Source of the DNA: an uncultured Actinomycetes bacterium
Lineage (GTDB): Bacteria; Actinomycetota; Actinomycetes; S36-B12; CAIYMF01
NCBI GenBank assembly: GCA_963700395.1
Contig: CAVOXI010000008.1
Coordinates: 100,626 to 124,625, forward strand
Reading direction: 5' to 3'
Length of the DNA: 24,000 bases
The number at the start of each line of letters is the position of its first letter. Position 1 is the stretch's first letter. The translations under genes were made by a program, and so were the position numbers. Under the pieces are notes generated by a model. That model was not told the origin of the DNA and did not search any database. It saw only the letters and a program-made list of their open reading frames with translations. Positions 10,325 through 18,568 of this stretch are shown piece after piece.

Positions 10325-10532
10325 GAACACCGGAGCGTGCCATCCGCACCCCCGTCGATTCCAACCAGGATTAATGGCGAGAACGCTCTCTGGCGTGACC
10401 TGCATCACGTTCGTGCACGGATAATCCGGTCATTCCATGAAATGCATCACACTGGTTGCAGCTTCAGATGTGAGGTATGCCACAGCCGGGACCTAGGTCA
10501 TGAACCGGGCGACTGCGGACCAAATGACCGTC

Positions 10533-11879
10533 TCAGCTGGGCAGGTCCTCCAGCATCTCGGTGACCAGTGCCGCGATCGGCGAGCGCTCGCTGCGGGTCA
10601 GCGTGACGTGGGCGAACAGGGGGTGCCCCTTGAGCTTCTCGACGACGGCGACCACGCCGTCGTGGCGACCGACGCGCAGGTTGTCGCGCTGGGCCACGTC
10701 ATGGGTCAGCACGACCCGCGAGTCCTTGCCGATGCGTGACAGGACCGTGAGCAGGACGTTGCGCTCCAGCGACTGCGCCTCGTCGACGATGACGAAGGCA
10801 TCGTGCAGCGAACGACCACGGATGTGGGTCAACGGCAGGACCTCGAGCATCCCGCGGTCGAGGACCTCGTCGACGACCTCGGACGTGGTGATCGCCCCGA
10901 GGGTGTCGAAGACCGCCTGCCCCCAGGGCGACATCTTCTCGTGCTCGCTGCCCGGCAGGTAGCCGAGCTCCTGGCCGCCGACGGCGAACAACGGCCGGAA
11001 GACCACGACCTTGCGGTGCTGCTGGCGCTCCAGGACCGCCTCCAGACCGGCGCACAGGGCCAGGGCGCTCTTGCCGGTGCCGGCCCGCCCGCCGAGGCTG
11101 ATGATCCCGATGTCGGGGTCGAGCAGCATGTCCAGGGCGATGCGCTGCTCCGCGGACCTGCCATGCAGGCCGAACGCCTCACGGTCGCCGCGGACCAGGC
11201 GCAGCCGCTTGTCCGGGGTCACCCGGGCAAGGGCCGAGCCCCGCTCGGAGACCAGGACGACACCGGTGTTGCAGGGCAGGTCACGCGCGAGGTCGAGGTC
11301 GATCCGCTCGTTGTCGTACAGCTCGTTGACGACCGTGGACCCGACCTCGATCTCCTCGATGCCGGTCCAGCCCGTGCTCATCACCAGCTCGGCGCGGTAC
11401 TCCTCGGCCTGCAGCCCCAGCGTGGAGGCCTTCACGCGCAGGGGCAGGTCCTTGCTGACCACCACGACATCGCGGCCCTCGGCGGCGAGGTTGCGCGCGA
11501 CAGCCAGGATCCGGGTGTCGTTGTCGCCGAGCTGCATCCCCATGGGCAGGCGCGACAGGTCGGAGTGGTTGAGCTCCACCCGCAACGTGCCACCCTCGTC
11601 GTTGAGGGGGATGGGCTCATCGAGACGACCGAAGTCGATCCGGAAGTCGTCGAGCATGCGCAGGGCCTCGCGGGCGAAGTAGCCGAGCTCGGGATGGGTG
11701 CGCTTGGCCTCCAGCTCGATGATCACGACCAGCGGGATGACGACCTCGTGCTCGTCGAAGCGGAAGACCGCCCTGGGGTCGGACAGCAGGACGGAGGTGT
11801 CGAGCACGTAGCAGCGACTCGCCTCCGCTCGAGCTCTGCCGGATCGGGGCTTCGTCGCAGTCGGCACGCGCGCCTCCAC
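10533..11879 (-). CDS. phoH2: PIN-domain + PhoH-like ATPase fusion (PhoH2 type)
   Basis: N-terminal PIN domain ([34 protein letters not shown]). C-terminal PhoH ATPase ([15 protein letters not shown]...[26 protein letters not shown]...[18 protein letters not shown]). The likely true start is GTG 11867, which has GGAGG 5 nt upstream. The track start is GTG 11879. Confidence 0.92.
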   Translation of the reverse strand: MEARVPTATKPRSGRARAEASRCYVLDTSVLLSDPRAVFRFDEHEVVIPLVVIIELEAKRTHPELGYFAREALRMLDDFRIDFGRLDEPIPLNDEGGTLRVELNHSDLSRLPMGMQLGDNDTRILAVARNLAAEGRDVVVVSKDLPLRVKASTLGLQAEEYRAELVMSTGWTGIEEIEVGSTVVNELYDNERIDLDLARDLPCNTGVVLVSERGSALARVTPDKRLRLVRGDREAFGLHGRSAEQRIALDMLLDPDIGIISLGGRAGTGKSALALCAGLEAVLERQQHRKVVVFRPLFAVGGQELGYLPGSEHEKMSPWGQAVFDTLGAITTSEVVDEVLDRGMLEVLPLTHIRGRSLHDAFVIVDEAQSLERNVLLTVLSRIGKDSRVVLTHDVAQRDNLRVGRHDGVVAVVEKLKGHPLFAHVTLTRSERSPIAALVTEMLEDLPS

Positions 11880-11987
11880 AGTCAGGTCGGGCGGCTCGGG
11901 GTGTGCCCGACTGCCACGAATCTAGGCCGCGAGCCTGCTCCGCCGGCGTCGCGACACGCCGCGCGCGGGGTGGTGATGGGCCACGCG

Positions 11988-12749
11988 TCAGGAGCCGTAG
12001 CGCCGCTCGCGGGCCGCGTAGTCGCGCAGGGCGCGCAGGAAGTCCACGCGCCTGAAGTCGGGCCAGTAGGCCTCGCAGAAGTAGAACTCGGAGTGGGCGC
12101 TCTGCCACAGCAGGAATCCCGAGAGCCGCTGCTCGCCGGAGGTCCGGATGACCAGGTCCGGGTCGGGCTGGCCCTTCGTGTAGAGGTGGGCCGCGATGTG
12201 CTCGACGTCCAGCGATGCGGCGAGCTCCTCCAGGGACGTCCCCGCGGCCGCCTCCTCCTGCAGCAGCGCGCGCACGGCGTCGACGAGCTCCTGCCGCCCG
12301 CCGTAGCCGACGGCGACGTTCACGGTCATCCCGTCGATGTCGCAGGACTTCAGCTCGGCAGTCTCGAGCACCTGCCGCGTCCGAGCCGGCAGCGGGTCCT
12401 TGGCACCCACGTGCCGGATGACCCACTTGCCCGACGCGGCCAGCTCCTCGATGGAGCCCTCGATGATCCGCAGCAGCGGGTCGAGCTCCTCCGTCGCGCG
12501 CGTCAGGTTGTCGGTGGACAGCAGCCACAGCGTCACGACCTCGACGCCGACCTCGTCACACCACTCGAGGAACTCCACGATGCGGGCGGCTCCGGCGCGG
12601 TGCCCGGCAGCACTGCTCGAACCCTGCTCGGTGGCCCAGCGCCGGTTCCCGTCGAGGATCACCCCCACATGCCGCGGGATGTCGCCCTGGTGGAGGTCGT
12701 TGGCCAGTCGACGTTCATAGAGACCGTAGACGAGGTCGTCCAGACCCAT
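11988..12749 (-). CDS. Isoprenyl transferase (cis-prenyltransferase, UppS family). It most resembles the mycobacterial short-chain Z-farnesyl diphosphate synthase (Rv1086 type)
   Basis: 253-aa ORF with AGGAGG 5 nt upstream of the ATG. Motifs: PRHVGVILDGNRRWA, LLSTDNL, NVAVGYGGRQELVDAVR, GQPDPDLVIRTSGEQRLSGFLLWQSAHSEFYF, FLRALRDYAARERRYG. It is adjacent to a hemolysin-III gene, as in mycobacteria. Confidence 0.92.
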   Translation of the reverse strand: MGLDDLVYGLYERRLANDLHQGDIPRHVGVILDGNRRWATEQGSSSAAGHRAGAARIVEFLEWCDEVGVEVVTLWLLSTDNLTRATEELDPLLRIIEGSIEELAASGKWVIRHVGAKDPLPARTRQVLETAELKSCDIDGMTVNVAVGYGGRQELVDAVRALLQEEAAAGTSLEELAASLDVEHIAAHLYTKGQPDPDLVIRTSGEQRLSGFLLWQSAHSEFYFCEAYWPDFRRVDFLRALRDYAARERRYGS

Positions 12750-12786
12750 ACGTTCCTCCTGATGCGGACCTCATGCCCGATGGAGG

Positions 12787-13473
12787 CTATCGCACCGCCG
12801 TCATGACCAGTGTCGCCGCGACGAAGTGCGCGGTCCATCCCCCGAGCGTGAATGAGTGGAACACCTCATGGAAGCCGAACCACTTCGGTGACGGGTTCGG
12901 CCACTGGGTGGCGAACACCCCGGCGCCCAGCGTGTAGAAGATCCCTCCGAGGAGGATCAGGCCCAGGACCCAGGCGTGGCGGGCGTCGGACAGGATGTCC
13001 GAGCGCAGGAAGCTGGGAAGGAACATCGCCGACGCCCAGCCCAGCGCCAGGTACATCGGCACGAACAGCCACCGTGGGGCCCTGACCCACGCCAGTCGGA
13101 CGACCGCCCCACCGACCGCGCCGAGCCAGAGGACAGCCAGCAGCGATCGTGCGGGCCCGGGGCCGAGCAGGGCCACAGCGAACGGTGTGGCGCTGCCGGC
13201 GATGACCAGGAAGATGTTCGCGTGGTCCCATCGCTGCAGGAGGTTGGTCACCCGGGGGGAGAACCGGCCACGGTGGTACACGGCCGACACGGAGAAGAGC
13301 AGGATCGTGGTGAGTGCGAACAGGACCGTGGGGATGCGCAACTCCGAGGGCGCGAGGATGGCCAACAGCACCGCAGCCGTTCCGGCGATGGGGGCAGCCA
13401 CCATGTGCAGCCATCCGCGCAGGACCGGCTTGACGGACAGGTAGTGCTCCCGCAGGGAATCAGCGGGCGTCAT
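12787..13473 (-). CDS. Hemolysin III / PAQR family membrane protein
   Basis: 228-aa ORF with 7 hydrophobic helices. Family motifs: KPVLRGWLH, SAVYH, WDHANIFLVIAGSATP, HEVFHSFTLGG. Confidence 0.9.
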   Translation of the reverse strand: MTPADSLREHYLSVKPVLRGWLHMVAAPIAGTAAVLLAILAPSELRIPTVLFALTTILLFSVSAVYHRGRFSPRVTNLLQRWDHANIFLVIAGSATPFAVALLGPGPARSLLAVLWLGAVGGAVVRLAWVRAPRWLFVPMYLALGWASAMFLPSFLRSDILSDARHAWVLGLILLGGIFYTLGAGVFATQWPNPSPKWFGFHEVFHSFTLGGWTAHFVAATLVMTAVR

Positions 13474-13517
13474 GCATGAAGTAGATCAGTGGGCGCCGTG
13501 ATCAGCAAGGCGCTCCG

Positions 13518-14405
13518 TCACGCCAGGTCGACGATCACCGGGGCGTGATCGCTCGGTGCGGGAGTGCCCTTGATCCCGGGCTTGCGTGCATCCCGGTCCA
13601 CGACCGCCGAGGTGACGGCAGCGGCGAACGCCGCGTTCGCCAGGACCAGGTCGATCCGCATCCCCATGGCCTTGTGGAACGACCCGGCCCGGTAGTCCCA
13701 GAACGTGTAGGGATGTGGCCCCTTGCTGATGGTGGGCATGACGTCTGTGAGGCTCAGGGCCAGGAGGTCGGCCAGGGCAGCCCGCTCGGGCGCCGACACG
13801 TGGGTGCTCTGGGCGAACGCCGCGATGTCCCAGACGTCGTCGTCTGCCGGGGCGATGTTGAAGTCCCCGAGGACGGCGAATGGTGCCGCCGCAGCCGCGA
13901 CCGGGCCCAGGTGCCCGGCAAGGGCCGCCAGCCACGACAGCTTGTACGAGTAATGGGGGTCGTCGGGGGTGCGCCCGTTCGGCACGTACACCCCCGCGAC
14001 GCGGACCCCGCCACAGGTCGCGGCGATGTAGCGCGCCTCCGGGGCGTCGGTTGGGTCGGGGAATCCGGGCACCCCGGGGATGTCGGTCTCCAGGTCGGAG
14101 ATGCCGACCCGCGAGAGCAGCGCCACCCCGTTCCAGCGCCCCTGGCCCCTGTGCACCGACTCGTAGCCGGCGTCCGCGATCTCCGAGGTGGGGAACGCCT
14201 CCTGGGCGATCTTGGTCTCCTGGAGCACGACCACGTCAGGCTCGGTCGCCTCCAGCCACGACAGCAGCCGTGGGAGCCGCGCGGGAAGGGAGTTCACGTT
14301 CCAGGTGGCGATGCGCACGCCGTGATTCTGGCACCTGGTCGGCTCCGCGGGGACCGCGCGGGCCAGCGATCCCGCGGGCATCGACACACGGTGACTCGCG
14401 GTCAC
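13518..14405 (-). CDS. xthA: Exodeoxyribonuclease III (AP endonuclease, XthA family)
   Basis: RIATWNVNSLPARLPRLLSWLEATEPDVVVLQETK...YVPNG...GDFNIAP...DVW...FTFWDYR...GMRIDLVL...SDHAPVIVDL. GTG 14405 has GAGGAC upstream. The alternative start GTG 14318 (VRIATWNVNS, 266 aa) has CAGAAT 6 nt upstream, so it could be leaderless. Confidence 0.9.
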   Translation of the reverse strand: MTASHRVSMPAGSLARAVPAEPTRCQNHGVRIATWNVNSLPARLPRLLSWLEATEPDVVVLQETKIAQEAFPTSEIADAGYESVHRGQGRWNGVALLSRVGISDLETDIPGVPGFPDPTDAPEARYIAATCGGVRVAGVYVPNGRTPDDPHYSYKLSWLAALAGHLGPVAAAAAPFAVLGDFNIAPADDDVWDIAAFAQSTHVSAPERAALADLLALSLTDVMPTISKGPHPYTFWDYRAGSFHKAMGMRIDLVLANAAFAAAVTSAVVDRDARKPGIKGTPAPSDHAPVIVDLA

Positions 14406-14491
14406 TTTGCGTCCTCATCGAGCCGGACGAAATCACCGCGAAACGCCGGGGCAATGCCGTCGTGGCCCCACGCGAATGGCAGGATCCCCCC

Positions 14492-15767
14492 ATGTCCGTG
14501 ACCGCCGCCCTCGGGGACGTGCGCCGGATCGCGCATGGGCCGACGCGGACGCTGTTCATCGGGCTGCTCGTGAAGTCCGTCGGGAGCGGCCTGACGCTCT
14601 CGCCTGCTCATCGTGTACCTCGTGAGGGTTCGCGACCTCCCGCGTCATGGTCGCCACCGGGCTGCTCGCGTGGCAGGCGCTGCTCGACCCTCGCGGTGTC
14701 GCCCATCGTCGGCACGCTGGTCGACCGGCGCGGACCACGACCTGTCCTGCTCGTGGCGCTGCTGATCGAGGCCGTCAGCCTGATCACGTTCGGGCAGGTG
14801 ACGACCTGGCAGCAGGCCTTCGTCGTGATGTCCGCGGTGGCGGTGGGTGGGGCCGGGATCTGGGGCCCCACCGATGCGCTCCTGGCCCGCCTCGTGCCCT
14901 CGCAGGACCGGTCCACGGCCTTCGGCTTCCAGTTCATGCTGCTGAACATCGGCCTCGGCCTCGGGGGACTGATCAGCGCGACGATCGTCGACGACGACGC
15001 GGCCGGTCACCTTCGAGTGGCTGTACACCCTGACCGGGCTGTCGTTCCTCGCCTTGTTCGTCGCCGTCCTGGTCATGGGCGACGTCGGCGGGCCGCCCGC
15101 CGCCGAGCCCCCTGCGCACGCCGAGCCCGACGAGGGCGCAGCCGGACCACCGGGCGCGCGGCCCGAGGAGTCCGACGGCTGGGCCGCCGTCCTGCGCGAC
15201 CGGAACCTGCTGCGCTACGGGGCTGTCGGGCTGCTGCTGCTCACCTTCGGGTACGGCTGCGTGGAGTCCGGCGTCGGGCTGTTCATCACGGACTTCGTGG
15301 GCCTGCCCAACGAGCCGCATCGGCCTCGTCTTCGCCGCGAACACGGCCGTCATCGTCGTCATGCAGCTGTTCATGATCTCGTTCGTGAACGGTCGCTCGC
15401 GGGCCCAGATGCTGGCCGGCGTGGGCTTGCTGTGGGCCCTGACCTGGGCCCTCTTCAGCTCCGCGCTGACAGCTCAGCGGCTGGGCTGCGGTCGGGGTCC
15501 TCATCCTGGCCATGTCGATCTTCGCCGTCGGCGAGACCCTGTGGTCACCGGTCGCGCCCGGCCCTGTCTCAACGAGTTGGCTCCCGAGCACCTGCGCGGC
15601 CGGTACAACGCCTTCCAGTCACTGCTGTGGGGGGTCTCCGGGGCGCTCGGCCCGCTGGTCACCGGTGCGTTCCTGTCCGCCGACCTCGGCGGGGCCTGGG
15701 CCGCTGACCCTGGCCATCGGATGCCTGGTCGCCGCGTTCGTCGCCCTGCGGATGCGCGCCCACCTGA
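14492..15767 (+). pseudogene. MFS transporter, readable only by hopping frames about 10 times (each hop +1)
   Basis: Consecutive frame pieces: MSVTAALGDVRRIAHGPTRTLFIGLLVKSVGSGLTLS / LLIVYLVRVRDL / RVMVATGLLAWQALL / TLAVSPIVGTLVDRRGPRPVLLVALLIEAV...FGFQFMLLNIGLGLGGLISATIVDDDA / VTFEWLYTLTGLSFLALFVAVLVMG...LLLLTFGYGCVESGVGLFITDFVGLPNE / RIGLVFAANTAVIVVMQLFMISFVNGRSRAQMLAGVGLLWALTWALFSSAL / QLSGWAAVGVLILAMSIFAVGETLWSPVAP / AL / NELAPEHLRGRYNAFQSLLWGVSGALGPLVTGAFLSADLGGAW / PLTLAIGCLVAAFVALRMRA / T-stop (TGA 15765-15767). Typical MFS motifs are present (DRRG loop, ...ELAPEHLRGRY...). Confidence 0.75.
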
Positions 15768-15793
15768 CGCCGGGGCAGGACGGGCATGGGGGC

Positions 15794-16620
15794 TCAGGAG
15801 GGATCGACCCCGACGGCGACCCCGACCCCGGGCCGGGACCCGTCGTACTCGATGGACGCCCGCTGAGCCGGGCCCGGGCACTCGCCGAGCGCAGCCCGGC
15901 GCCGGCTCAGGCCTCGGGGAGCTGCGGGCGGTCGGTTCCGCCCACCGACCTGCCGGCGCGGCTTGCGCTTGACCTCGACCCCACCGAACAGGGCCGCGCC
16001 CTTGATCCGCAGCACCGGGGCACCGGGCAGGCCCGGCCCCTCCGCCGGTCTGGTCGAAGCCACCGAAGATGCCCATCCCGTCGACGTGGACGGTGAGCCC
16101 CTCCGGCACGGTGATCTCGATGCCGCCCATCACGGCCACGGCGATGATCTCGGACTCGGCCTGGGCGAACGTGGAGCGGGTGAGGTCCAGCTCGATCCCC
16201 CCGAACATCGCGAAGGCGGTCAGCTGGGCCGGCATGACCCACTCACCCTTGCGGGTTGCACCGCCGAAGATCGCGACCACCGACGACGAGGACGAGTCGG
16301 CGCCCGCAGGCGGGTGCCAGCCCGACGACGGCGCCGGGGAGGACTGGGGCGGGACGGCGAGGGCCATCCCGGTCAACGGGGCCAAGGCGGCTGCGACGGT
16401 GGACGGGGGAAGCCCGTCGAGCACGGGGACGAGGTCGGCCGCCGTGCGAGCGCCCGAGGGCTGCGGACAGCCGGTCCTCGTACTCGTCGCGGGTCAACCG
16501 GCCCTCGGCATAGGCGTCGCCGATGACGTCGGCCATCCGGGCGCGGTCGGCGTCGGAGACCAGGACGCGGCCCGCCACCCCGAGCGGGCCGTCCGCAGGG
16601 TCGGGAGGGATCGGGGACAT
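15794..16620 (-). pseudogene. DUF1707 (SHOCT-like) N-terminal domain protein with a LiaF-C-like C-terminal region, interrupted by two apparent +1 shifts
   Basis: From ATG 16620: MSPIPPDPADGPLGVAGRVLVSDADRARMADVIGDAYAEGRLTRDEYEDRLSAALG. Next frame: ARTAADLVPVLDGLPPSTV...IFGGATRKGEWVMPAQLTAFAMFGGIELDLTRSTFAQAESEIIAVAVMGGIEITVPEGLTVHVDGMGIFGGF. Next frame: RPAEGPGLPGAPVLRIKGAALFGGVEVKRKPRRQ...stop at 15794. The start lies 2 nt after the DUF3817 stop. Confidence 0.7.
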
Positions 16621-16622
16621 GC

Positions 16623-16976
16623 TCACGGCGCCGGCACCTCGGCCTGCAGCTGGTGGGTGATCCGGCGCTCGAACACGAAGGACATGAACGGGATCGTGCC
16701 GGCCAGGGCCACGAGCACGGTGCGCCCGGGGGTCCAGCGCGCGCGGATGGCCACATCGAGCACCGTCACGAGGTAGACCATGTACAGGAATCCGTGCAGC
16801 TGCCACCCGATCGCGTACCAGAGCGAGTCCTCGTGGCCGAGGAGGTACTTCCAGGGCAGCCCGACCACGGTCATGAACGCCAGCACGGTGCCGGTGACCC
16901 AGGCCATGACCTGGAACCGCTTGTACGCGCCCGACCGCAGGATCGTCGCGGGTGCGGGGGCGGCGTGCGTGCTCAT
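16623..16976 (-). CDS. DUF3817 domain membrane protein
   Basis: ATG 16976 is preceded by AGGAG 8 nt upstream and overlaps the SURF1 stop (ATGA). Sequence: MSTHAAPAPATILRSGAYKRFQVMAWVTGTVLAFMTVVGLPWKYLLGHEDSLWYAIGWQLHGFLYMVYLVTVLDVAIRARW...GTIPFMSFVFERRI. The upstream part of the 279-aa track ORF is off-frame SURF1 sequence. Confidence 0.8.
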   Translation of the reverse strand: MSTHAAPAPATILRSGAYKRFQVMAWVTGTVLAFMTVVGLPWKYLLGHEDSLWYAIGWQLHGFLYMVYLVTVLDVAIRARWTPGRTVLVALAGTIPFMSFVFERRITHQLQAEVPAP

Positions 16977-17737
16977 CGGGGGATCTCCTGCTCGACGGGT
17001 CGGGCCTGGTGGTCGCGCCGGAAGCGGTTCCAGAAGAAGACCACGAACCCGGCGAACGCGACCCACTGGATCGCGTAGGCCGCATTGCGCCAGTTCAGGC
17101 CCACCTCGGCTCCGGGCAATTCTGTCACCTGCAACGGGGCCGGCTGGCCCACGCCTGCCGGCTGCAGCTCGCTCAGCGCGTACCACCCCGAGCGCACGGC
17201 GTAGCCCGCATGGGCCGACAGGGCGCCTGTGTCGACCGTGGTCAGCGTCGGGGGGTCCCCGGGGCTGACGGCGGCATCCGGCTTCCGGGAGTCGGCCACC
17301 AGGACGCCGACGACCTCGACGGTCCCCTGTGGCGGTGGCACCGGGCGCTGACCGGCAGGCACCCAGCCGCGCACGACGGCGACCGCGGTGTCCGCCGGGT
17401 TCGCGCCGACCGTGCCGCCCGCCCCGTCCGCCGGCGCCGGCTGCATCGGGGTGAGCACCCATGCTCCCTGTTGCCCGTCGCGCTTCCGTGGCTCGACGAG
17501 CACCTCGTTCTCCGCGTCGAACTGGCCCGTGATGCCCACCCGCATGCCGCTGAAGGCCGTGGCCGGGTCGAGGTCGGCCAGCGCCACCACGGGCCCCTCG
17601 GGGACGGCGTCAGCCTCGGAGCGGTTCGCGCGGTCCCACTGCCAGCGGGCGGCTACGACGCACACCAGCACGGCCAGGACGGTCAGGACGTGGAAGCCCC
17701 ATCGTCGTGGATCGGACCAGGATCGACCCGAGGACAT
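16973..17737 (-). CDS. SURF1-family cytochrome oxidase assembly protein
   Basis: From ATG 17737: MSSGRSWSDPRRWGFHVLTVLAVLVCVVAARWQWDRANR...VGITGQFDAENEVLVEPRKRDGQQGAWVLTP...VVRGWVP...LNWRNAAYAIQWVAFAGFVVFFW. This shows the N- and C-terminal TM helices and the RWQ(W/L) motif typical of SURF1. The track's TTG start at 17968 gives an implausible R/S/C-rich extension. Confidence 0.85.
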   Translation of the reverse strand: MSSGRSWSDPRRWGFHVLTVLAVLVCVVAARWQWDRANRSEADAVPEGPVVALADLDPATAFSGMRVGITGQFDAENEVLVEPRKRDGQQGAWVLTPMQPAPADGAGGTVGANPADTAVAVVRGWVPAGQRPVPPPQGTVEVVGVLVADSRKPDAAVSPGDPPTLTTVDTGALSAHAGYAVRSGWYALSELQPAGVGQPAPLQVTELPGAEVGLNWRNAAYAIQWVAFAGFVVFFWNRFRRDHQARPVEQEIPR

Positions 17738-17963
17738 CAGCGAGCGTCGCCCCCGCCCCTGCCGGGATCGCGCGGCGCCCTGCCTGCGGTGGGTTCGCAG
17801 GGCCGAGGTTGGCCTGTGCACGGCGCAGGTGACGCACGAACGACCAGAGCAGGAGGAGCGTGGCGGCCAGGAGGAACACGAAGAGGACGGCGGCCAGCGG
17901 ACTGGGCCGGACCGTCGGGCCATCCTCCGCGGCCGCGACCAACGCAGCAAGGACACCGTGCAT
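17610..17963 (-). CDS. Small hypothetical membrane protein upstream of SURF1 (3' end uncertain)
   Basis: ATG 17963 has a strong GGGAGG 5 nt upstream. The N-terminal 55 codons have GC-rich third positions and one clear TM helix (PLAAVLFVFLLAATLLLLWSFV) followed by RHLRRAQ. The tail overlaps the SURF1 start and looks non-coding. A TGATG stop/start junction exists at 17739..17735, but in another frame. Confidence 0.4.
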   Translation of the reverse strand: MHGVLAALVAAAEDGPTVRPSPLAAVLFVFLLAATLLLLWSFVRHLRRAQANLGPANPPQAGRRAIPAGAGATLADVLGSILVRSTTMGLPRPDRPGRAGVRRSRPLAVGPREPLRG

Positions 17964-18015
17964 GGCAACCTCCCAGGACCGCGGATGTGCGGAGCGGTAC
18001 TAGTGTCGCAGCATC

Positions 18016-18511
18016 ATGTCGCCCACACGAACGGCCGGTCAGCCCCTCGCAGTGGCCCCCGCACATCCGGGAGCGCTACGGGGTCACCGACCGCCCTGGC
18101 TGGGTGCCCGGCGCCCTGATCGGCCTCGGCCTGGCCTTCTTCGCCCTGATCATGTTCCTCGGGCTGCGGCTGTCGAACCCGGCGATCGACGCGGGGGTCC
18201 TGTCGTACGCGACGGTGTCCGACGAGCAGATGACGATCGGCTACGAGGTCCAGCGCCGCGACACCGCCCCGGCCACGTGCGTCCTGCGGGCACGTGCCAA
18301 GGACGGCTTCGACGTGGGCTACGCCATCGTCGAGCTCCCGCCGGCGCAGGGACGGACCAACCACACGTTCGAGATGCGCACCGCCTACCGGGCGTTCGTC
18401 GGTGAGCTCGTCGGGTGCGGCCTGGACGCCCCGCCCCCGGATATCCCCGGTGCGCAGTTCCGGCCGGGTGTGGTGGCGCCGGTCCAGCCGTGGACCGCTG
18501 CTGGATCCTGA
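18016..18511 (+). CDS. DUF4307 domain membrane protein (the greA-adjacent conserved actinobacterial protein); start or frame near the 5' end is unclear
   Basis: The body in the 16952..18511 frame reads IRERYGVTDRPGWVPGALIGLGLAFFALIMFLGLRLSNPAIDAGVLSYATVSDEQMTIGYEVQRRDTAPATCVLRARAKDGFDVGYAIVELPPAQGRTNHTFEMRTAYRAFVGELVGCG. ATG 18016 (TAGTGT 9 nt upstream) is one frame off and would need a +1 shift between about 18020 and 18060. The in-frame alternative is GTG 17987, with AGGA 8 nt upstream. Confidence 0.7.
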
Positions 18512-18568
18512 TCCCCGTAGCCCGGTGCTACCCTCGATGACTCACTGATCCCTGCCCAGGAGCCTCAC

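Noticed and set aside
10325-10532. Possible c-di-AMP (ydaO-type) riboswitch upstream of the cell-wall hydrolase-like gene
   Set aside because: I found only a partial resemblance (GGAAUCGACGGGGGUG on the minus strand). The hallmark segments I remember (GGGGACCCA, GGGGUGAAUC, AGCUAACCUCGUA) are absent. It stays as an unclassified leader region in the findings.
10803-12806. 667-aa plus-strand ORF
   Set aside because: It is antisense to phoH2 and the prenyltransferase, both of which have unmistakable motifs on the minus strand. Its translation is low-complexity (G/A/V/D/R/L/Q/H) with no motifs.
13880-15376. 498-aa plus-strand ORF spanning xthA and MFS-1
   Set aside because: The first 600 nt are antisense to xthA. 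Only 14492-14602 and 14691-15004 of this frame carry MFS sequence, and the rest is Arg/Pro-rich off-frame text.
14492-15767. Programmed ribosomal frameshifting as an explanation for the frame hops
   Set aside because: Ten hops in one gene, plus hops in seven or eight unrelated genes, occur with no shared slippery heptamer or downstream structure. That is incompatible with programmed recoding.
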